This document shows positions 38,301 through 49,700 of a DNA stretch of 64,000 nt, one piece after another. Both the position numbers and the translations under genes were made by a program. Origin of the DNA: Macrostomum hystrix (taxonomy: Eukaryota; Animalia; Platyhelminthes); NCBI GenBank assembly GCA_950097015.1, contig CATNEN010000007.1, positions 9,424,001 to 9,488,000 on the forward strand. Reading direction: 5' to 3'. How positions within the stretch are numbered: position 1 is the stretch's first letter; the number at the start of each line of letters is the position of its first letter. The notes below the pieces were generated by a model. The model did no database searches. It was given only the letters and a program-made list of their open reading frames with translations, and was not told the DNA's origin.

Positions 38301-40611
38301 CAAAGCCCGCCCATCGCTGATGAGGCGCGCAGGCTCCTGCAGGAATTTTGGGCCCACTTTGATGCCGCTGCGACAGGCGGGGGCCGCGCAGCTTTTCTTT
38401 GTCCCTTTGCTGCCTGACCCGAGGCCATCCGGGAATTCAATTTGCATGGCCGCTGATGAGCCTCCTCTGCTTCCGGATAACCAGACTGTACACACTCACA
38501 CTGACACACTCACACTCACACACTCACACACTCACACACTCACACACTCACACACACACACACACTCACACACTCACACACTCACACTCACACACACACA
38601 CACACTCACACACTCACACACTCACACACTCACACTCACACACACTCACACACACACACACTCACACACTCACACACTCACACACTCACACACTCACACA
38701 CTCACACACACACACACTCACACACTCACACACTCACACTCACACACACACACACACTCACACACTCACACACTCACACACTCACACTCACACACACACA
38801 CACTCACACACTCACACACTCACACACTCACACTCACACACACTCACACACTCACACACTCACACACACTCACACACACACACACTCACACACTCACACA
38901 CACTCACACACACACACACTCACACACTCACACACTCACACACTCACACACTCACACACTCACACACTCACACACACTCACACACTCACACACTCACACA
39001 CTCACACACTCACACACTCACACACTCACACACTCACACACACTCACACACTCACACACTCACACACTCACACTCACACACACTCACACACTCACACACT
39101 CACACACACTCACACACACACACACTCACACACTCACACACACTCACACACACACACACTCACACACTCACACACTCACACACTCACACACTCACACACT
39201 CACACACTCACACACTCACACTCACTCACACACACACACACTCACACACTCACACACTCACACACTCACACACTCACACACTCACACACTCACACACTCA
39301 CACACTCACACACTCACACACTCACACACACTCACACACTCACACACTCACACACTCACACTCACACACACTCACACACTCACACACACTCACACACACA
39401 CACACTCACACACTCACACACTCACATACTCACACACTCACACACTCACACACTCACACACTCACACACTCACACACTCACACACTCACATACGCACTCA
39501 GACGCTCCATGCCACCAGTTAGGAGGTGACGAATCCCCATATCCCCAGTGCTCAAATCTCAACTGAGTCTGTGCATTGTGCTGGGGTCTGCACAAATTCC
39601 TAGCAGGATGTCCGCCTGGAGCACCTGGCCTGGACTGTTCTGGTCTTTCGGACCAGCTGCCGGCCACACATTTGCGGCCAGTCTGCAAGGTGGGATTATC
39701 CCGCGCATTGTCCGCTATGAGGGCTTCCTCCTGAGTAGGGGATATTATTTACCAGAAACAGTTTCCTCTCTCTCTCTCTCAATGCAGCTGGGGGAACTCA
39801 ATTGAGCCGGGTGGCCTGCGGGTCTGATTGAGTCTCCGCGGCTACTAGCATTGAGAAGGTCTCTGCCAATTCGCATCGGACTCAAATCGGCTCTGCCCAA
39901 CTAGGCCTGGTACTGAGTTGAGTCCCATGAAACTTTTGAGCTCGCATCATGCATATTTTTTGTTCTAGTTACGATGGAAATGTAGGGTTTTAATGGTGTT
40001 TAAACTGCGACTAAAATCCCAGATCCCCACCTTCCATGACATCCAGCATTCCAGATCCCCATCTTCCATGTCATCCAGCATTCCAGATCCCCACCTTCCA
40101 TAACATCCAGCACCCCAGATCCCCACCTTCAATGACATCCAGCATCCCAGATAGGATGAAAGCATCCAGCATCCAGCATCCTGCATCCCAGATCCCCACC
40201 TACCATGACATCCAGCATCCCAGATCCCCACCTTCCATGACATCCAGCATCCCAGATCCCCACCTTCCATGACATTTAGCACCCCAGATCCTTCCCATGC
40301 TGTGTAAATCAGTAAAGACAGGTTTCCAAGAGGAATGGATAGTTAGGCTCACCAGTGAGCAGCAGTGACAGGTCGCTGACAGCCAGGCTGAACAGGTACA
40401 GGTTCGTGACGGTGTGTAGGCATTTGGTTCTGGCTATTACCAGGCAGGTGCACAGATTTCCGCTGACTCCCAGCAACAGGATGAGGGAGTAGATGGCTCC
40501 AAATGGGATCTTGAACTGCAGCGAGGTCTGCCGCTGGCCCAGGGTCGCCTCCATCAGGGAGTTGATGAAGCTGTTGTCCTCCTGGGCGCAGTCAACCGCG
40601 GTGGTGTTCAT
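23385..40611 (-). CDS. Rhodopsin-class neuropeptide GPCR, neuromedin U / pyrokinin / CAPA (PRXamide) receptor-like (~464 aa)
   Basis: Exons 40611-40353, 26974-26345, 25013-24891, 23767-23385, all phase-1 GT-AG joins. Motifs [12 protein letters not shown] (TM1), [13 protein letters not shown] (TM2), YPW..C (ECL1), [20 protein letters not shown] (TM3, ERY), [13 protein letters not shown] (TM6), [20 protein letters not shown] (TM7/H8), typical of the PRXamide/NMU receptor group. Confidence 0.88.
24545..24876. repeat. ~39-bp degenerate minisatellite CCACTCCGATAGCAACCTCACTCCCAACCCCTC...
   Basis: About 8 copies next to the GPCR intron-3 donor. Confidence 0.85.
27006..27120. repeat. (TATTC)n microsatellite
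   Basis: Direct reading; near the GPCR intron-1 acceptor. Confidence 0.85.
27456..28510. repeat. 41-bp minisatellite GCACACTCTCAGTCAGAAATCTCACYTTCCCAGACAAARTG
   Basis: About 25 copies in GPCR intron 1. Confidence 0.95.
29380..35272. repeat. 26-bp satellite GGAGTAGATTCCCAATGACYCAGWGW (~5.9 kb)
   Basis: About 225 head-to-tail copies varying mainly at three positions; no spacers. Confidence 0.98.
36971..37810. repeat. Degenerate ~21-bp CACTCACACCGACTCACTCCA repeat
   Basis: Direct reading; GPCR intron 1. Confidence 0.92.
38490..39497. repeat. (CACACACT)n/(CA)n compound microsatellite, ~1 kb
   Basis: Direct reading. Confidence 0.95.
40016..40291. repeat. ~32-bp minisatellite ATCCCAGATCCCCACCTTCCATGACATCCAGC
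   Basis: About 8 copies near the GPCR intron-1 donor. Confidence 0.88.
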
Positions 40612-41974
40612 GGCTACCGAGAGTTGGTCCGAGTTTGACAGCAGCGCGTTTCCGATTTTCGAATTTTCCTGCCGCTTTTCTGAGCCGCTCTGGGCCCGTC
40701 CGCCATTGGTCGGCCCTGGCTGGCTAATGCTGGGCCGTCACTGGGTACCTATTGCATGTTTATCCTTTTGTATTGACTAGCTCAACTCGATCAAGATTGC
40801 CCTGACCAAATATAGGCATGCAGATGGGAAATGGGAATTCTATCTGTGGGGACAAGCCAGCCGTATCAGACTTGCTGCACCGCGTCATGTCTAATCCGCC
40901 GTGTCACACTCGTATCTATCCCTTGCTTTTTATGCCTTGTTAACTTTGCCTTTCATCATTTCGTTCGACAAATTTGCATTCAGTAATCTTCCAATGGTGT
41001 CGCCTTATCATCGCCCTAGCGTTGTCCTCGCTAAAGTTGTTGTGCGGAAAAGAGTCGTTGAAAATGTGTAAGTTTTGCAGGTGAGTTAATCAACCAAGGT
41101 GGAGTCAACGGACTCGCTGCCATTCGGTGGCTAGTCAATACAATGCGCAAAGGCAAGGAGAAGTGCAGGCAAACAACCGCGCCAACCCTGCCGGTCTGTA
41201 ATCACGTCCCCTCAGCTGCGGTCTGTAATTACCTCAACTGGCCATTGGGGACCGAGGACTCTGTAGTGAGGCAAGTTCTCACTCGCGCCTTCGGACACTG
41301 GGAGGGGGCGCTAGAGGCGCAGGTAGCGGATGGCTAACAAAAAAGGTGAAGCCGCTCTCACCTCGGCCGCTGGGAAAGTTGCCAGCTGTTGACATTGTGT
41401 CCAGACTTTGCCCTCTTGACTGTCACGGGATAGAACAGGGCCGGTCAGCGCTTGAGAATTCTTTGAGCACATGGCACAGGTAGCGAATTCGATGTGCCGA
41501 TAAGGACAACAACTTCACAGAGAGCTGGATGAACTGACTCTGAGGCTGATGATCTTGAGCTAATTACTCCCGATTGTCCATCAAAGGCTTCTAGTCCAGC
41601 TCTGCTGCCCCTTAAGATTTTCCTTTTATGCAAAAAAGCTAATAAATGGGAAAGAGCTGGGAAGTCTAACAGTAGCGAGTTTTTTAGAATATTTTTGTGC
41701 TTTTTTAATCCGCTTGTAAGGATTTTAGGTTTAAGATATGTAGGCAGGTCAAGCTGCGATCTTCAGATTGTCTCCAGCGAAAGCTTGCGTGAGCGAGACC
41801 CCCGTTTCTTTTTGTCAGTCAGATAAATTGCGAGCCTAGCTGACCTCAAACTCGACCTTTAAATGAACTCCTTGCCGAAGCCAGTCTGTATTTTGAGGTT
41901 TAAAAAAAACAATCTACAACTTTTGTCTTTCGGCCCATTCGGGGCCGGCTTCTTTAAAGCTATGCCGAAGTCTT

Positions 41975-42135
41975 GCCGTAGCCTCACCGTAGCCTCGCCG
42001 TAGCTTTGCCGTAGCCTCACCGTAGCTTCGCCGTAGCTTTGCCGTAGCCTCGCCGTAGCTTTGCCGTAGCCTCACCGTAGCCTCGCCGTAGCTTTGCCGT
42101 AGCCTCACCGTAGCCTCGCCGTAGCTTTGCCGTAT
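41975..42135. repeat. 11-bp repeat RCCGTAGCYTY with 33-bp higher order
   Basis: About 14 copies in the GPCR/ABCA divergent intergenic region. Confidence 0.88.
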
Positions 42136-43782
42136 AGCTTCTTGAACACTGGAATTTCCGTTGTTCATAAAATTCGAGTGTTCCTGAGATAGGCTGCAAG
42201 AGTTCAATGCGTTCAAGATACAATTCAAAAGTAACGATTAAATGAAATAAATCGTTTCATCATGAAAATTAAGGACTGAATGAATTTACCCAGGCTTTCC
42301 CACTTTTAGCAGGCGAAATATTACGATAACTTTAATCAGACCCATACATCGATATCAAATAGCTTCCAGGGGATTCGATTGTTGCAGCAAGCATGGTTTA
42401 GAAAATATTAAAAACTTCTAGACGTCGTACTTTCTAGACAGAATGATTGTTACAAGAGCGAAATCTTATTGAAGTGTTATCAAAAGTTAATTTACACGAT
42501 CCACTTTTTCCTTGTTCTTTCACATGCCCGTTCGGTCAGTTGGGCGTTTACGAAAGATCGCTTACAAAAGAAATCAACAGTCGATTTTGGCTGCTAGTCT
42601 TGATAGTTAGGTGTTAAAAGCTGAGCTGATCATAAATTTGATAATGTAAGATTTCATTAGACATTGATTAAAATATGAATATTTCGATAACAGAATGTCG
42701 TGCTAATTTAAGCATTTCGTTTCTAAGAAACATTATAGAGCTTAACAGTATTAGTAAAAAGACAATAAAAATAATTTTTATACAGGTGATTATTTAGCAA
42801 TTTCTCGATATATATTTGACTAGTTATAAAAAACCAATAGTTGAATTAACTTAAAACTTAAATGCTATTTGTAAAGATATATATTTTTTATAAACAGGAA
42901 CTCCATAATGTTTAAGTCAGTTCTGCTCTCCTTTTTGCAACCTTTAGCTAGAAAAAATTGATTTAAATTTTAGGATCTTTATTGCTTTTTGTTTAAAAAT
43001 CATTCCCTATGCATCTTAGCCGTTGCATACGAAGAAGAATTTTCTACTCAAAATAAAGAGTGTGCATTTATATAGAAACTTTGTCATTTTTGGCAAGTTC
43101 TGAACTTGGCAAAGTAACCTGAAGTAGTGCTAGCTTACTGGAGCAACGAGAAGACGGTTTTTTCATGGAGTGAATTTTACATGGAGTATATATTCTCTTA
43201 ATTTCATTTTTCTTATCTAATGGTCTTATATTATGTTCTTATATATTACTGAGCTTCTAGAATCTAGAGTTTTCTTTCTAAAAAATAATAGCAATAGTCA
43301 AATTTTTTGCTATTAAAATAAATGCTACTATGATTAATTTACAAGTTTTCAAAAATGAACATTTTTTCGAAAACTTGATTTTAGATAAATTAGATATTTT
43401 AGATAAATAGACAATTATTTAAAAAATTATAAAACTTATTTTAGGTTTCATAAAATAGTGAAAAATATATTTCATATTCTAACATTTATTAGGCAAGTCA
43501 TACTCTATACATAGCAAGAAATTAATTTTCTCACTTTCTCAAGTTATAATAGGAATATATAAAAAATGCTAATAGTTAACATATGAAAAGTACAGAGAAT
43601 GCTTCCATTAAAATTAATTTTATCAAACAACTCTCCCAAATATGTTTTTACACTATAATAGATTTTTTTTTATACAAGGTGCTCACTATTCAGCTATTAT
43701 ACATTAAGATAAATATTTTAAGTTTGTACTAAAATTTCATATCTAACAGTGCTTCCTAAATTTCAGCCCTGCTAAAGAAGGC

Positions 43783-46700
43783 ATGGGCAGTTTTTCTAAA
43801 CAACTCTATTTGCTGCTGTGGAAAAATATCAAACTCAAGCAGAGGCAATGGGTATGTGCTTCAGTATTCTAACAGCAAATCAATTTTCTGAGGCAGATAA
43901 GGTAGAAGTAGAAATTAATTCTTTATTTGGTCTTAATGACTGCCCTTGCACTGGAACAGGTGAAAACAGTCATCGAGTTGGTCATGCCTCTGGTGTTCCT
44001 CATGATCCTGGTGGCTGTGCGACAGTCGCAGAACTTCATTGTTTCCAGTCCGGAGTGTGACTACCGCCCAGCTCCCCTGGCCTCCACCGGCCTCCTGACT
44101 GCCCTGCAGGCTGCCTGCCACATGGGCATCTGCCGCAGCGGCCAGACGAATTCAACTGGAGACGAGGCCGCAGCCTACGAATGGTGGGCGCGACTGACCA
44201 TTCTGACCATTTTGAACACTTTATTTGTTTGTTTCATCTCCAGAATGATGGGGTGGGTGTCGTGCTGTTTCACACCCTCCAGACTGATGGGGTGGGTGTC
44301 GTGCTGTTTAACACCCCTCCAGACTGATGGGGTGGGTGTCGTGCTATTTTACACACCTCCAGACTGATGGAATGGATGTCACGTGGGTCCAAACTGCCTC
44401 CAGACTGATGGGGTGGGTGTCACGCTGGTTCAAACTGCCTCCAGACTGATGGCGCATGGGTGGCCCCATAATTGAAATGCGGACTTAAAGTCAGCTGGCA
44501 ATGTTTCTTTATTTGTTAGTTGTTCATTTTAATAAATAATTTCTGTGAGTCAGCCTCAAGCAGGTAAGGCTTAAGCTAGTGTGATAGAAGCCGTTGTCAA
44601 GGCAGCACGTTTGTAGCCATGCGGCTGTATTAACGAATATTTTCCCCACCGGCAGGTACCAGAATGCGAGTCGTGCCCTGGCCTCCGTGAACAAGCTGAT
44701 GGCCGACAGGACGGTGCGACAGGCGGCCGACGCCGCGTTGCGAGCTTTGCCCAGCAACTGGTCGGATCCCGAGCGTGAGCCGGGGCCTCTTTAAAAAGCG
44801 CAGGTTTTAAGCTGATTAGGCTCCACCAGTCACACCCTGCCGCCTTGTCTTCTTGCTTAGTGAATTTCCTTGTTAACTTGAGCACCTGTTGGATTGGAGC
44901 CGCTTCTCTGCCCGGGGCTGCACTCAAAATTCTCAAGAACTCGCAGCTCTTTTTCTACAAAAATAACTCAAGCTTAGCTTGCAGCTTGGAGATGTCGAAT
45001 CTCATCCCAAGGAGAACAATTTACGTACTTTTGGGATCTGCTCAATCTCTTCTGGCTTGAACTGGGATTATTTGGGATCTGGCTGAACCTCTGCAGGCTT
45101 GAACTGGGATTATTTGGGATCTAGCTGAATCTCTGCAGGCTTGAACTGGGATTATTTGGGATCTAGCTGAACCTCTGCAGGCTTGAACTGGGATTATTTG
45201 GGATCTAGCTGAATCTCTGCAGGCTTGAACTGGGATTATTTGGGATCTAGCTGAATCTCTGCAGGCTTGAACTGGGATTATTTGGGATCTAGCTGAATCT
45301 CTGCAGGCTTGAACTGGGATTATTGGGGATCTAGCTGAATCTCTGCAGGCTTGAACTGGGATTATTTGGGATCTCGCTGAATCTCTGCAGGCTTGAACTG
45401 GGATTATTTAGGATTGGTCTCCAATGGCCACACTTAGAATTATCTCTTCTGCCCACAGAGGTGAAACAAGTGCCGATCAGCAGCTTGTTGTCCAGGCCGA
45501 CTGACTTATTCGCAGGAGTGAATGCCACGGATGCGGATATCCGGCAGTTCATGGCGGCCACCGTGCCGCTGCCCAGGGTAAGCAGCTGAGTGCAAATGCC
45601 AGTCTGAGCACCATTTGAGTTGGTTGAGTTGAATCTGAAGTCCCCTCCGCTGATTCCAGAAGCTAGACCTGCAGCTGCCTTCTGCTTTCCGGAATCTGCT
45701 GGGTTTCGCAGCCCCAACAGTTTCTGCGGAGGTCTCGCCGGCCGCCTGCGCCCTGGTTGCCAACCAGTCACTGTGCGAACAGGCCCGCTTCCGTGACAAC
45801 CTGGCCAAGTTGTTCAGCCCTGTAAAGCTCTTGGATCAGGTAACTTGGACTAATTGTTTTTTGTTTTATTGGTTCGCATAATTTTAGGCAGTTGTGTCAA
45901 GTCTGGTTCGCATGCTCAGGTAGATAATTAGGCAGTTGTGTCAGGTCTGGTTCGCATGCTCAGATAGATAATTAGACAGTTGTGTCAGGTCTGATTCGCA
46001 TGCTCAGGTAGATAATTAGACAGTTGTGTCAGGTCTGATTCGCATGCTCAGGTAGATAATTAGGCAGTTGTGTCAAGTCTGGTTCGCATGCTCAGGTAGA
46101 TAATTAGACAGTTGTGTCAGGTCTGGTTCGCATGCTCAGGTAGATAATTAGGCAGTTGTGTCAAGTCTGGTTCGCATGCTCAGGTAGATAATTAGGCAGT
46201 TGTGTCAGGTCTGATTCGCATGCTCAGGTAGATAATTAGGCAGTTGTGTCAGGTCTGATTCGCATGCTCAGGTAGATAATTAGGCAGTTGTGTCAGGTCT
46301 GGTTCGCATGCTCAGGTAGATAATTGAGCAGTTGTGTCAGGACTTAATCGAAATGGTTTCCGACGGTATTTGTTGTGTCCAGCTTCACTCCAAGAAGCCG
46401 GGCAGCGTTCCGGTGGCAATAGGACTCAGCGACGCACTTCGACTGAAAGACCTGGTCTCAGAGGTGAGCTTGAGTGATCACCCGTGATTGATTATTTGTT
46501 TGGTCTTTGCCGTGCGCTGCAATTTGCGGTTTCTAATGTGAATTCTCCAAACAGCTGACTAAACTGCGCGCCTCCGGCGGCTTCAACTTTCTGAACGAAC
46601 TCTGGTCGCGCCTGGCCGCCCTTCGTATAACATCACCCGATGACGCTGCGTCGCCGACGTCCGCCATGCCGTCAATAACGAACATTCTGGACCGCCTCGA

Positions 46701-49700
46701 CCGCCTGTCCGATGTGGCCTGCGGCTCCGGCGCCAGCACCCTGCGCCAGATCACCACCCACATGCGCCAACGCCTGACTAGCCGGATGCGACCTCCGGGC
46801 CCCCGCGACGACGACTCGGCGGTGCCGACTACCTCGCCGCCGACATCGACAGACGATGAAGGAAAGTCAACGAATCCGCCAAATGCCAGCGCGAGACATC
46901 GCCCTGTTGACCTGGACGCTAAGGATCTCGCACCGCCAGAGCACTGCAAGTCTAATTCGAGCTTTGAGGATCCTTGAGTCTGCCGATTTGGGATCTTTGA
47001 GTCTGCAGATTTGGGATCTTTGAGTCTGCAGATTTGGGATCCTTGAGTCTGCAGATTTGGGATCTTTGAGTCTGCAGATTTTGGATCCTTGAGTCTGTAG
47101 ATTTGGGATCTTTGAGTCTGCAGATTTGGGATCTTTGAGTCTGTAGATTTGGGATCTTTGAGTCTGCAGATTTGGGATCTTTGAGTCTGTAGATTTGGGA
47201 TCCTTGAGTCTGCAGATTTAGGATCTTTGAGTCTGCAGATTTGGGATCCTTGAATCTGCAGATTTGGGATCTTTGAGTCTGTAGATTTGGGATCTTTGAG
47301 TCTGCAGATTTGGGATCTTTGAGTCTGCAGATTTGGGATCTTTGAGTCTGCAGATTTGGGATCCTTGAGTTTGCTGATCTGGGATCTTTTAGTCTTTTGA
47401 TCTGGGGTCGTTGAGTCTGTTGTTATGGGATCTTTGAGTCTGTTGTTATGGGATCCGTTGTGGGGATTTTTAGTAGTATCTAATTTTTTTGTTAGGCATA
47501 CTTTCTGAAAAGTTTTTTTGTATTGCAAATTAAATCAACTCTTCAAATTTCTGGCTCCTCGAGCAGTCTGCTTCAACACCAGCTACCAGACGGCTCTGCT
47601 CGGCAGTATCGGCAGCCTGAATAGCGGCATGGGCTTCCCGTCAATGAATGTCCTGATGTTCGGCGAGATCGCCTACGCCCCTGACACAGCATCTACTAGG
47701 AGTCACCTGCGCAGGGTAAGAGCGCTGAAGCAGACAGGTACACCAGCTTGACACTGACAGGTACACCAGCTTGACACTGACAGGTACACCAGCTTGACAC
47801 TGACAGGTACACCAGATTGACACTGACAGGTACACCAGATTGACACTGACAGGTACACCAGCTTGACACTGACAGGTACACCAGATTGACACTGACAGGT
47901 ACACCAGATTGACACTGACAGGTACCTTCTGCCTCTCCCCTGCAGATCAACGAATCCCTGAACGCAATCGCGCTGGTCTCGCGTGTCGCCGAGCTCTGGT
48001 TGACCAACGAGACGGAGCGAGTTGCCCAGTTCCTCGCCAACGGGCCGCTGCTGCCAGTGCTTCGGGTGAGGCTAAAAATGTTTCTTAAACACACCCACTC
48101 CATTCACACCCTCAGTCACACCCTCAGTCACACCCTCAGTCACACCCTCAGTCACACCCTCAGTCACACCCTCAGTCACACCCTCAGTCACACCCTCAGT
48201 CACACCCTCAGTCACACCCTCAGTCACACCCTCAGTCACACCCTCAGTCACACCCTCAGTCACACCCTCAGTCACACCCTCAGTCACACCCTCAGTCACA
48301 CCCTCACTCAAACCCTCAGTCACACCCTCAGTCACACCCTCAGTCACACCCTCAGTCACACCCTACAGTCACACCCTCAGTCACACCCTCAGTCACACCC
48401 TCAGTCACACCCTCAGTCACACCCTCAGTCACACCCTCAGTCACAACCTCAGTCACACCCTACAGTCACACCCTCAGTCACACCCTCAGTCACACCCTCA
48501 GTCACACCCTCACAGTCGTAGTCCATCGCCAACTCTCGCCAGATCATTTTGTCTGCCTGCTCGACCCCGACCTGCCAATCCGCATCCGCTGCCTTGCGCG
48601 CTGATGTCGACGCCGCTTCAAACGACACCCTCGCAGCGAACGCCACCGCCGCCAAGCCGGCCTGGCGCCAGGCCCTCGGCTGGGCCGACTGGACGGCCAG
48701 GCGCCTGTACTATGCCACCGCCTGCTTCCGCCTGGCCAAGCTGCACGGTTTCACTAACGAATCGACTCTGAACAGCAGGATGAGCAGCTTGCTCAGAAAT
48801 CAAAACGCTCCACCGTCGTCGACGTCGATGACATCTGAGATGTCGCAGGCTATCGACGGTGGTGGCAACTCCAATGGCGGCGCGACATCCACCGAGCAGC
48901 TGCCAGAGCTGCTGGCGGCGCTGGTGTTCGACGAAGACAAGGACAGTTTCGTGCGCTACAGGCTGCGCATGCCCGAGTACGCTGTGGACAGCACCCGGCA
49001 CTACAAAGTGCTGGACCAGGTCTGGAAGCCCAGGCCACGAGCGGCATTTCCGCGGGATTTCAAATACTTCACATCCTTCTTCATTCATTTGCAGGCAAGA
49101 ATGGGAGATATTTTTCTGCTATTTATTTGAGGCCCAGCTGCGGGGTGAAGGCTTGCGGGGCTGTTCGGGCAATTTACCTCCGTGACGGCCAAACCCCCAT
49201 GACTCAGTGAGAGTACACACACCTGAGTAACAGACAGGTATCCCAGGTTGATACAGACAGGTATCCCAGGTTGATACAGACAGGTATCCCAGGTTGATAC
49301 AGACAGGTATCCCAGGTTGATACAGACAGGTATCCCAGGTTGATACAGACAGGTATCCCAGGTTGATACAGACAGGTATCCCAGGTTGATACAGACAGGT
49401 ATCCCAGGTTGATACAGACAGGTATCCCAGGTTGATACAGACAGGTATCCCAGGTTGATACAGACAGGTATCCCAGGTTGATACAGACAGGTATCCCAGG
49501 TTGATACAGACATTCCAGTTTGAGAGACCAACAGGCCTTCTTAAATCAAAATGACATATTCGAACTGCGAGCTTTATTTGGAATCCGTGCCAATGATTAA
49601 CACAGAAACCGTTCAACCCTTCCGCCACACACAGGAGCTGCTGGAGCTGGCGATTGTGTCGGACCTGTCAGGCGTGGAGATTCGCCAGACCAGCTGGATG

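Noticed and set aside
36827-39529. His/Thr-rich ORFs
   Set aside because: Translations of CA-rich microsatellites inside the GPCR intron.
48066-48521. Read-through of repeat introns as coding sequence (also 51255-51652, 52114-52485)
   Set aside because: Frames stay open only because the repeats lack stops; all terminate at or before the acceptor, and ABCA homology resumes only after splicing.
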